Assembly (NCBI GenBank): GCA_964354995.1
Contig: CAYHBQ010000002.1
Location: forward strand, 1-39,711
Source: Candidatus Woesearchaeota archaeon
Lineage (GTDB): Archaea > Nanobdellota > Nanobdellia > Pacearchaeales > GW2011-AR1
Length of the DNA stretch: 39,711 bases
Direction of reading: 5' to 3'
The notes beneath the pieces were generated by a model, which worked only from the letters and a program-made list of their open reading frames with translations, did no database searches and was not told the DNA's origin. Shown one piece after another: positions 1 through 7,439 of the stretch. Positions within the stretch are counted from its first letter, which is position 1. Each line of letters begins with the position of its first letter. The translations under genes were made by a program, and so were the position numbers.

Positions 1-312
1 CTTCCGATCTTTTCACTCGTGCTCGCAACCCAACAACCGGGACAAATTCATCGAGATGTTATGACCCAGTCAGACATAGTCATCTCACACAAAGTGACTT
101 CACAACCCGATGTGCAAGCACTCAACGAAATCATGCAATCATATCTTATCGAAACCATAAAAAAGAAGATGGACGAGCTTCCCAACCTCAAAGGCTCAGC
201 AATTATCCTTGATGACAATTCAGAACGCATTTATGCCATGCGCATGCGTCCTCGATTCACCTGGCACGGTGGAGAAGCGCCTACTGCCATAAAGACCGAA
301 CTCTCGTTATAA
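1..312 (+). CDS. HerA/DUF87-family P-loop ATPase, C-terminal fragment (5' end outside the window)
   Basis: Frame 1 is open from nt 1 (LPIFSLVLATQQPGQI...), so the Met at 19 in the ORF track is internal. The tail matches by eye the conserved C-terminal region of archaeal HerA-like ATPases: ATQ(Q/R)P..I...V.SQ....I, LP.L.G.AI, then RPRFTWHGG. Confidence 0.6.
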   Translation, partial: LPIFSLVLATQQPGQIHRDVMTQSDIVISHKVTSQPDVQALNEIMQSYLIETIKKKMDELPNLKGSAIILDDNSERIYAMRMRPRFTWHGGEAPTAIKTELSL

Positions 313-357
313 AAAAGCAATAGTAAAGCCTAAAAAGCGCAAAAGGATGCCCGAACC

Positions 358-1221
358 ATGAAAATTACTCGCGAGCACGAACGAAAGATAACAAGGATAG
401 TACAAAGAGGAAAAACATCCACTCAACCGCGAGCAATACGACTATTCGGAGCAATAACCGGAGACCCAAACAATATCCATAGAAGGAGAGAATATGCCGA
501 GGCAAGTGGATTGCCCAATACCCCCGTTATGGGGGCACATATAAGCGCTATCGGTCTTGAACGCGCATTAGAAGCCTATTACGTGCTCACCGGTCAAACA
601 CCCACCGAACTGTATCATTCCACAAGATTCAGTTCGCCCCTATTTCCAGGAAGAAAGAAGTTAGGTCCACTCGAGATTGAAGAAATCGATGAAGAAACAG
701 TGCTAAAATTACCCGTGCACAGAGGAAATTTTGTTAAAGCAATCAATGAAACACGCATTGGAAGAATATCAAAAAAAATAGACGCACCTGCAAATCCAGA
801 CGCGGGCCCTATTCTTGCAGAAGTAACGCCAACAAAAAAAGGAGAACAAGCATATGGTCGACTGGTGCGGGCGCAACCAAGAGACTACCTTTCTCCCGGA
901 TGGCTCCAAGCATTATTTCCAGGAACGCTCGTGAGAGTCCTCAATACTGCCTACGAAGGAGAGAATAATGGTGCACCTATGCCGCTGAACCTGCGCATGA
1001 CCACACATATAAAACAGCAAGCGGAAAAAAGCCCGCTCGCCTTGGAGGTTTACATGAATGATAGAGGACGACGAGGAGACCTTTATGTCTACGATTTTTA
1101 TGGCGAAATAAAACAAGGAAATAGAATAATAGAAGTAGCCGAACTTAAAGCGGTGGGCAGAACACCCATAGACCTAGAAAAAATAAAAAGGATTTCCAGA
1201 ATACCCTCTATAACGCTTTAA
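358..1221 (+). CDS. MaoC-like (hot-dog fold) dehydratase-family protein, possibly a double hot-dog
   Basis: ATG at 358, 287 aa. The N-terminal half carries FGAITGDPNNIHRRREYAEASGLPNTPVMGAHISA, resembling the MaoC signature F..lsGD.NPiH.D...A......iaHG. The C-terminal half (LYVYDFYGEIKQGNRIIEVAELKAV) could be a degenerate second hot-dog. Confidence 0.5.
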   Translation: MKITREHERKITRIVQRGKTSTQPRAIRLFGAITGDPNNIHRRREYAEASGLPNTPVMGAHISAIGLERALEAYYVLTGQTPTELYHSTRFSSPLFPGRKKLGPLEIEEIDEETVLKLPVHRGNFVKAINETRIGRISKKIDAPANPDAGPILAEVTPTKKGEQAYGRLVRAQPRDYLSPGWLQALFPGTLVRVLNTAYEGENNGAPMPLNLRMTTHIKQQAEKSPLALEVYMNDRGRRGDLYVYDFYGEIKQGNRIIEVAELKAVGRTPIDLEKIKRISRIPSITL

Positions 1222-1978
1222 TATCAACCCGATATCGATACCGCCGCGTACCAATATCCCCTGCTTTCTTAATACGCATAATTCGCACCTTCTTTTTTGC
1301 CTTCTGTGATTCAGACAAGATAAGAGTGCGCAACGCCTCTTCAGCACCCTCTTCAGGATAAAACCCATAGTAATGAATAGTTCCTCCCCGATTAATTACC
1401 TTAAACGCTACATCAAGAAAACTATCTTCCAAGTTGGGCCGTGCCATCACAATCCGATCGAACGTTCCTTTGAGTGTGGGCACAACTCGTCTAACGTTCC
1501 CCTGTACACACATAACATTAGCAAGTTTATTTCGTTTCACATTCTCAACCGCGTACCGATGCGGCTCCCGTCCCAATTCAACCGATATAATCTCACTAGC
1601 CTTATTCTTCTTCCCCATAACAACAGCAAACGGCCCAACCCCGCCAAACATAACAAGCACGCGATCCCCCTTTTTCACAAGCGAGGCGAGTTCACTACGT
1701 TCAGACGCAAGTCGCGGAGAAAAGTAACAGCTATCTACATTAAGTCGAAACGAACATCCATTCTCCGTATACAACGCCTCTTTCGTTTTCTCGCCAGCAA
1801 TCCACTTCGTGGTCGGCGTTCGTAACCGTCCTTTAATCCGAGCGCTCTTCTCGAGCACCGTCGTAATTTCTCGATGATCTTTCAAAAATCGAGTAGCAAA
1901 TCGTTTCTTCTCAGATGATTTCGCACTTCTGTCAAATTTCACAAGCACTACATTCCCCAGAATATCATATGGCGCCAT
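1208..1978 (-). CDS. trm5: tRNA (guanine37-N1)-methyltransferase Trm5 (Met-10+ family)
   Basis: 256 aa. N-terminal PYDILGNVVLVKF, SAM-binding VLVMFGGVGPFAVV and RIVMARPNL region are typical of archaeal Trm5. An A/T box lies about 25 nt upstream of ATG 1978. It overlaps the convergent 358..1221 gene by 14 nt. Confidence 0.85.
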   Translation of the reverse strand: MAPYDILGNVVLVKFDRSAKSSEKKRFATRFLKDHREITTVLEKSARIKGRLRTPTTKWIAGEKTKEALYTENGCSFRLNVDSCYFSPRLASERSELASLVKKGDRVLVMFGGVGPFAVVMGKKNKASEIISVELGREPHRYAVENVKRNKLANVMCVQGNVRRVVPTLKGTFDRIVMARPNLEDSFLDVAFKVINRGGTIHYYGFYPEEGAEEALRTLILSESQKAKKKVRIMRIKKAGDIGTRRYRYRVDIKAL

Positions 1979-2015
1979 TAGAATAGAAGAGGAAAACGTA
2001 GTTTAAAACCGTTTC

Positions 2016-2780
2016 TTAATTAAGTTCAGCAGTAAGAGTACGATAACGATATTCCAAATGACGAATAAGCGTCTCAACTTCTCGCGAAGGATTCTGAATA
2101 GAACGATATTTCTGAATATCGTGCTCCAAATCGGCAAGTTGTCGTAGTTTACGTCGACGGGTCACAGCAGCTGCACGAGCCGTCCCGAAATAGGCGTGTA
2201 TTGAACCGTCAAAGAATATGGAAAGAAGCACAGCTGCAAACCCTGTCACATACAACCAGTTGGAGGCCATAGAAAGTTCTCCCGAAGGACGCGTCCACCA
2301 AACAAACACAAACACAAGGCCATAGACAATCCACGCAATGCGCCGACCTGAACCTCCATTCACCCCTTGATGCACAAACCAAAAGTAAATCATAAACGGA
2401 ATAAAGGTCGTCAGTGCAATACCCAACGTACTATACGGAAGTAAGATAAATCCCACAAATTCTTCAGGCATATATCTGATAGCCAAAATAGAAACAATGA
2501 GAGAAATAAGAAACGCGACGCGCTTTTCCTTAAACAGTTCGACCTTTTTAAGGACGTTTAAAACAACAATGAGAAGAAGCAAAAACAGAAGTATCTTCGC
2601 AAAGAAGAAGTCATCAAATGAACTCGTGTCCAAAAGCACTTCAAAGATAGGGGTAAAGAACTGTTCAATTGTGTATAGGGCATCTTCCTGTAAAAACTGA
2701 ATATCCCCCCACGGTGCCGCAGAGACTAAAGGTGTGAATGTCAAAAGAATACAAGCAACACAAAAAGCAAACACCTTCAT
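2016..2780 (-). CDS. ORFan polytopic membrane protein (Sec-type signal peptide, several TM helices, charged helical C-tail)
   Basis: MKVFAFCVACILLTFTPLVSA|APW signal, an acidic ectodomain, about 5 hydrophobic segments, and a RRRKLRQLADLEHDIQKY tail. A/T box at 2801-2810 is centred about 25 nt upstream of ATG 2780. Confidence 0.6.
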   Translation of the reverse strand: MKVFAFCVACILLTFTPLVSAAPWGDIQFLQEDALYTIEQFFTPIFEVLLDTSSFDDFFFAKILLFLLLLIVVLNVLKKVELFKEKRVAFLISLIVSILAIRYMPEEFVGFILLPYSTLGIALTTFIPFMIYFWFVHQGVNGGSGRRIAWIVYGLVFVFVWWTRPSGELSMASNWLYVTGFAAVLLSIFFDGSIHAYFGTARAAAVTRRRKLRQLADLEHDIQKYRSIQNPSREVETLIRHLEYRYRTLTAELN

Positions 2781-2893
2781 ACGATACAGCAGTAAGCGAG
2801 GCTTAAAAAGATTTCCTACTCTAAACGCGAAGAAAGAAAGCCCTTGGACCGTTCAGGTATAAACAATAACCAGAGTAAGAACTAACCATTTAC

Positions 2894-3664
2894 CTATGCA
2901 TTTTCTGCCTCTCTTTTTGACTTAAACCACCCCACAAAATTTCCACCTTTAAAGACATTATACCCATCCATAGAATTCCCATCTATTCTTTTATACGCCT
3001 CATCAATAGCCTTGACCGTTGTATCCAAAACATCTTGATTAGTTTTCTGTTTGGACTCGGCGTCTTTTTTAGCGCCCCGAGCACGCGCTTTCTTAATAAT
3101 TCTAAAGACGCGGCGAAATATCACGACTGAAATCAAACAAACTACGACAAAGAGCATCGGACCAAGCCACGACCAAAAACCTTCTTCGGTAAAGAAAAAT
3201 CTGAAAATGCCGTCAGCAAACAGTCGATAAATGCCCAAATGCCCTGATAGAGACCCAAAGATAACTCCCAACGCAATAGAAACGCCTAAGCTAAAGAGCG
3301 AGAAAAGCGCAATGGCGTCGATGAACACAATAGAAAACGTAATCCATAACAAAAGCGTAACAAAAAAGGTCCACGAAAAAGAATAGTCTTGCCCAAACAA
3401 CACAAAGAAAACAGGACTTATAGAAGTCATACGCTCATCAAATGCAAATAATCTAGGAAACCGCGTCTCATTGATAAAATAATTGCGCCACTCACCCGAT
3501 AGATAATCCCACTGTTCTTCCTCGAGCGTGCGTTCAAGTTGCTGTGTCTGATTAGCAAACGGAAGCTGATCAAATCCAGGCGGCTCTTCCGCAAGAACAA
3601 ACGGCAAAAGACTTACAAGCAAAAAGGCAATCAAGCCACATAAAACACCTCGGCTAACATTCAT
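2894..3664 (-). CDS. ORFan polytopic membrane protein, paralogue-like to 3710..4363
   Basis: The ORF-track start at 3667 is GTG and the next codon is ATG (3664). MNVSRGVLCGLIAFLLVSLLPFVLA|EEPP signal, an acidic ectodomain, TM bundle containing TFSIVFIDAIALFSLFS, and a basic or helical tail. A/T box at 3684-3693. Confidence 0.6.
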   Translation of the reverse strand: MNVSRGVLCGLIAFLLVSLLPFVLAEEPPGFDQLPFANQTQQLERTLEEEQWDYLSGEWRNYFINETRFPRLFAFDERMTSISPVFFVLFGQDYSFSWTFFVTLLLWITFSIVFIDAIALFSLFSLGVSIALGVIFGSLSGHLGIYRLFADGIFRFFFTEEGFWSWLGPMLFVVVCLISVVIFRRVFRIIKKARARGAKKDAESKQKTNQDVLDTTVKAIDEAYKRIDGNSMDGYNVFKGGNFVGWFKSKREAENA

Positions 3665-3709
3665 CACACAAGCAAAGAACAGTTATTTAAATACGTTCGC
3701 CAATTAAGT

Positions 3710-4363
3710 TTACTCGTCCTTCTCGGCAGCCCTTTCAATATCCTTCAACGCCTTCAAACCTGCAGCCGCGCGCGTACTCCCCATTGCAGTACGAAGTTCA
3801 AGCTCCCCTTTCTTACGCGCAACAGCCAATTGCTTCAACGGCTGAATTCCTAAGTTAACCCCTAAAAAGAGCACAAATACTATCAAGAGACTTGCAGCGA
3901 CCGAAAACACACCAAACCCTGCCGTGAAGGTCAAGGCCAAAACCGCGATAAGCATAACACCTTTCAAGTTAGCTACAATAACGGCCAAAACAAAACCGCT
4001 TACCCATGCAACAGGTTTAGAGAAAAGACCAAAGACTGCAATAATATCTCCAAACGTCAAGAAAAACATAAGCCAAATACCAAAAACAACAATACCTGCA
4101 CTTTCAGGACTCGTTATATCAACAAGATATTGAGGAATATTTCCCAAGAGATACGAAAGAGGCCTAAAGACAGGAATATTCGGATACTGTTCACCAAAAG
4201 ATTTAAACTCGGTAAGCTTATCTTTTAAGGAATCTGCCGACGCAATGCCTTCAAAATCCCCTGTGAATCCCCCAAACATATAAAGCAAAAGAAACAGAAC
4301 AGCCAAACCAACAACGGACCAAAAAGAGATAAGGGTCCATTCAGTAACACCACGTTTATTCAT
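3710..4363 (-). CDS. ORFan polytopic membrane protein, paralogue-like to 2894..3664
   Basis: The ORF-track start at 4369 is TTG. ATG at 4363 sits about 25 nt downstream of the A/T box at 4384-4393. N-terminal TM, ectodomain, TM bundle containing FFLTFGDIIAVFGLFS, and tail ARKKGELELRTAMG...ERAAEKDE. Confidence 0.6.
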   Translation of the reverse strand: MNKRGVTEWTLISFWSVVGLAVLFLLLYMFGGFTGDFEGIASADSLKDKLTEFKSFGEQYPNIPVFRPLSYLLGNIPQYLVDITSPESAGIVVFGIWLMFFLTFGDIIAVFGLFSKPVAWVSGFVLAVIVANLKGVMLIAVLALTFTAGFGVFSVAASLLIVFVLFLGVNLGIQPLKQLAVARKKGELELRTAMGSTRAAAGLKALKDIERAAEKDE

Positions 4364-4410
4364 TATCAATAGAGAAGGGGTGGATATATAAAGATTTCTG
4401 AAAAATAAAA

Positions 4411-4968
4411 TTACTTAGAAGAACTATCGCTTGCAGAGAATTCGTTTACCAAACCCTCATTAAGGTCTGCAACACCCTGTGAGTATTCTCTTCGCAAGGT
4501 ATCACGAATCGTCGTGCGAGCGCGATTGTAATACGAATTTGATTTTCCAAAGACGTCGTTAGCTTCAGTGCCTATAAGCGTCCCATTTTTAACGTCGTCT
4601 GCATTAAACGTATACGATTTGCCACGGCCAGAAAGCACAACGGTCTCAAGCGCATCATTAAATGTAGGGCATTTATTAGATTCCCAGTCAAGCGGCGTTT
4701 CATCTTCAGAGTCAATAAGTTTGTAAGACACATTTCCCTTGCGAACGGTCATCACATTTGAATTATTGAACAAGCCAACACCTTCACGATAACTAACCCG
4801 AGCATCACCCACAACGCCTGAATAAACTTCATGACCTCGAGCAGTATCAATACCAAGATATCCTGCTCCCAACACACCGACACCTACAACGGCGCCCGCT
4901 ATGCGCTTATGAGCTAATACAAGCTTCCCCGAAGCCTTCAACGTTGATTTGACTACATCAAATTTCAT
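4411..4968 (-). CDS. ORFan single-pass membrane-anchored protein
   Basis: 185 aa. One Gly/Val-rich TM (AGAVVGVGVLGAGYLGI) followed by a soluble domain of about 140 aa. A/T box at 4991-4998 is about 26 nt upstream of ATG 4968. Confidence 0.55.
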   Translation of the reverse strand: MKFDVVKSTLKASGKLVLAHKRIAGAVVGVGVLGAGYLGIDTARGHEVYSGVVGDARVSYREGVGLFNNSNVMTVRKGNVSYKLIDSEDETPLDWESNKCPTFNDALETVVLSGRGKSYTFNADDVKNGTLIGTEANDVFGKSNSYYNRARTTIRDTLRREYSQGVADLNEGLVNEFSASDSSSK

Positions 4969-5007
4969 ATAAAACCCTCCAAATACCTCTATTTAAATCT
5001 TCCTATA

Positions 5008-5028
5008 TGTAACTCCTATTAAGTTACA
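5008..5028 (-). terminator. Perfect 7-bp inverted repeat immediately after the fen stop codon (possible terminator or processing hairpin)
   Basis: tgtaact (5008-5014) / agttaca (5022-5028) with a 7-nt loop, abutting the stop at 5029-5031. Confidence 0.25.
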
Positions 5029-6039
5029 CTAAAAAAGCTTCTTCTGCCCAGCTTCCTTCTTAATAACATGTAATTTCTCCAATTGCTTTTCAACACGCTC
5101 TCGTGAAAACTCGTGTTCGTCAACAAGAATACGAAAAATCTCTATTTCATTTAATTTCGGAAACACAAGTTTCTCGCGATGCACATTCGGCTTCTTGAAT
5201 ATTTCAAAAATAGTCTGCCAGTCAAAATCCATACGACCTTCGACTTCCTTAAAAATAGAAACAGGATGTTTGAACTGTTTAACCAGTGCAAGCGCCTTTT
5301 TAGGACCAATGCCCTTCACGCCTCCCGGATTAAAGTCCGTCCCCACAAGGATAGCCAAACAAATCAACTGATCACCTGTCACGTCCAGCGTATTCAACAC
5401 CCGATCGTACTCAATCAATTCGGGTGCGATGAACACAAAATCCCCATTATTCAGTTTCCGTTTTCGTGCCAGCGTCAAATTCTGAATCAATCGAGTCCCA
5501 CCAACAACCAGCGCATCATAATCCTGTGACGCAACAGCATACGCTTCTCCGTTGCGAACAAGGTCGGCCGCCTGCATTTCACCTTCGCCAGGGGCCTGTA
5601 CAACACAAATGCCCATAGCAATGAGCAACTCCTTGGATTCGTGAATCATCTCCCCATTGAGTTTCATAAATCCCCTCGAATAGCGCCCCATGCCTTCAAT
5701 GTCTTCTTCGTCACGCGCCACAGAATATTTTTCACGCATCGCTTCCTTTGCCGCATCTCGAAGTTCATGCGTCTTGCCCTTTAATTCATGATACGCTCCG
5801 TCAAACACGTACGCCAGCTTAAGACCTTCAGCCATAAGCGCGATGTTCCGATAGAAAAGCCCCGAAAGATGGGACGTGACTCTCTGTTTAGAATCCATCA
5901 ACGGAGTACCATCGGGCTGCCGAATCGACGATAAAAACTGATAGAGCGCGTTAAACGCATCAACTGCAATGATTTTTCCCTGTAAATCCTTAAACTCCAA
6001 AGAAGTACGTGATACAATGTCGCCAATTTGCAAACCCAT
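5029..6039 (-). CDS. fen: Flap endonuclease 1 (FEN-1)
   Basis: MGLQIGDIV...AVDAFNALYQFLSSIRQPDGTPLMDSKQRVTSHLSGLFYR...VFDG...QAPGEGEMQAA...SQDYDAL...GTDFNPGGVKGIGPKKA. The ORF-track start at 6048 is TTG. ATG 6039 gives the canonical Met-Gly N-terminus and lies about 29 nt from the A/T box. Confidence 0.92.
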   Translation of the reverse strand: MGLQIGDIVSRTSLEFKDLQGKIIAVDAFNALYQFLSSIRQPDGTPLMDSKQRVTSHLSGLFYRNIALMAEGLKLAYVFDGAYHELKGKTHELRDAAKEAMREKYSVARDEEDIEGMGRYSRGFMKLNGEMIHESKELLIAMGICVVQAPGEGEMQAADLVRNGEAYAVASQDYDALVVGGTRLIQNLTLARKRKLNNGDFVFIAPELIEYDRVLNTLDVTGDQLICLAILVGTDFNPGGVKGIGPKKALALVKQFKHPVSIFKEVEGRMDFDWQTIFEIFKKPNVHREKLVFPKLNEIEIFRILVDEHEFSRERVEKQLEKLHVIKKEAGQKKLF

Positions 6040-6076
6040 ATATGCCAAAAAAACAAGAACTATAAAAACATGTGCA

Positions 6077-6496
6077 TCAATAGCGACGCTGCAAGTGTAC
6101 TTCGCTTGAGATGCCTGCGGAAATAAATGAAACCTTGTAAAAAGTAGACATTCTGTCTCGAAGCGATTTGAACATACCTTCTAATTGCTCTTCAATTTCC
6201 TTGCCTGCGCTAAACGGCTCTCGGGGGTCACGATCGTCCACAATCTCGGAAAGAGTATATGCACAATCTTTCGTAGGCTCATTCGAACGCACGCGATAAG
6301 AAAACCAGAACGTTCCCTTATACACATCACGTGTTGCCTCGGCGCGAACCCGAGTCATATCGCCTCGAATAACTACTTCGGTTAATCCATCATGAGACTC
6401 AAATATTGTATTTGCCGCAAGGCACGCCTTGTGCAAAAAAGTCGAACAATTTTCAGCCGTATCAAGTACAACAGGACCCGATACTATTCTATTCAT
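6077..6496 (-). CDS. Hypothetical cytoplasmic protein
   Basis: 139-aa ORF starting with ATG, on the same strand and tightly spaced with its neighbours. I recognise no motif. Confidence 0.45.
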   Translation of the reverse strand: MNRIVSGPVVLDTAENCSTFLHKACLAANTIFESHDGLTEVVIRGDMTRVRAEATRDVYKGTFWFSYRVRSNEPTKDCAYTLSEIVDDRDPREPFSAGKEIEEQLEGMFKSLRDRMSTFYKVSFISAGISSEVHLQRRY

Positions 6497-6540
6497 AAAG
6501 ACCGCAGAAACAAATACCTTTTAAACGTTTCGAAAAAAGA

Positions 6541-7389
6541 TTAGTTCTGAATACACATGGCAGTACAAACAATAGCGACACCCGATGCAGATCGATATCC
6601 TTTCAAAGACCATACGCTCCCGCCCTTTTCAATAGAACACCCACCGCCGCCACCCGTAACTCCCGGGTTGACTTCAGTCTGAACCAAGGCACAGAAGCGA
6701 AAACTAAGAAAAACAATCTTATCTTCGCTATAGGGTCCAATTGGCTTCGTAACAATATCGGGTCCAGAACCGGGATTCATAATGATTTGAAGATTAGGAT
6801 TACCTCCGTTGGCAACATCAGCATCTTGCGTTTTTCCCCAGGTACTCTTACAATCGCTTGTCCCGAGACAGAATTTTTGCGCGTTTGTCGTGCCACCCAC
6901 ATCAAACGTAACCGTAGGCACGGACTTGTTCAACCCTACTTTAGTCGCGGCTGCAGAAGGATTTCCATTGATAAGGAATACGCCACCAGCCGCCGAATAA
7001 TCAAGATTAGCTTTTATAGCCCCATCATGAATAAAGTCAATATAAGTAGCGGACTGTCCACTTTGGAGCCCAGTCGAAGAAATGCCAATACCCGAATAAG
7101 CCCCTCCATCATGAACAAACAAATTGCGCGGGCCGCCAGAACCGACCGAAGGATCCGCATTCACACCCGTCGAAACCTTGCCCGGAAAGTAGAAGATATC
7201 ATTTGCAACACCCCCAAAGGTCGAAGACTGTCCATACGTTTGTGGAGCAGCACTTTGACCGGAACCAATCGTGTTCGCGGCATGACCAGGGTTTGGCGTT
7301 ACAGCATACACAAAGAAGGCGCCAACGACAACGAAGAGCAACCCAAGAAAGAAGACCGCACGCTTACCAATCGTCACCTCAATCTTCAT
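6541..7389 (-). CDS. Membrane-anchored or secreted Gly/Ser/Asn-rich surface protein with PNPGH motif and Cys-rich C-terminus
   Basis: MKIEVTIGKRAVFFLGLLFVVVGAFFVYAVTPNPGHAAN..., a low-complexity G/S/N-rich body, and a tail with Cys residues (FCLGTSDC...FRFCAL...GGGGGCSIEKGG...IVCTAMCIQN). Shares the TATA at 7411-7420 with polB. Confidence 0.6.
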   Translation of the reverse strand: MKIEVTIGKRAVFFLGLLFVVVGAFFVYAVTPNPGHAANTIGSGQSAAPQTYGQSSTFGGVANDIFYFPGKVSTGVNADPSVGSGGPRNLFVHDGGAYSGIGISSTGLQSGQSATYIDFIHDGAIKANLDYSAAGGVFLINGNPSAAATKVGLNKSVPTVTFDVGGTTNAQKFCLGTSDCKSTWGKTQDADVANGGNPNLQIIMNPGSGPDIVTKPIGPYSEDKIVFLSFRFCALVQTEVNPGVTGGGGGCSIEKGGSVWSLKGYRSASGVAIVCTAMCIQN

Positions 7390-7410
7390 GCGTTCTAAAG
7401 ATAAAAAGAC

Positions 7411-7420
7411 TATTTAAAGA
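7411..7420. promoter_or_regulatory. Shared near-palindromic TATA box (tatttaaaga) for the divergent leaderless genes 6541..7389 and polB
   Basis: Centre about 26 nt from ATG 7389 (minus strand) and about 25 nt from ATG 7440 (plus strand). The intergenic spacer is exactly 50 bp. Confidence 0.55.
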
Positions 7421-7439
7421 TAACTCTCTATCAAAGGTC

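Noticed and set aside
1373-1825. Plus-strand ORFs antisense to trm5, and likewise 6787..7398 antisense to the surface protein gene
   Set aside because: They are embedded antisense in supported genes and have low-complexity translations.
2894-4363. Class III (prepilin) signals in the polytopic membrane proteins (MNVSRG|VLCG..., MNKRG|VTEW...)
   Set aside because: An R-G dipeptide before a hydrophobic helix is common in ordinary signal anchors. These proteins have several further TM helices, unlike pilins.
7203-7439. 79-codon N-terminal extension of the polB ORF given in the ORF track
   Set aside because: It overlaps the divergent gene 6541..7389 and the shared TATA at 7411-7420. Its sequence is low-complexity and Arg/Gln-rich. 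ATG 7440 gives a normal PolB N-terminus at leaderless distance from the TATA.
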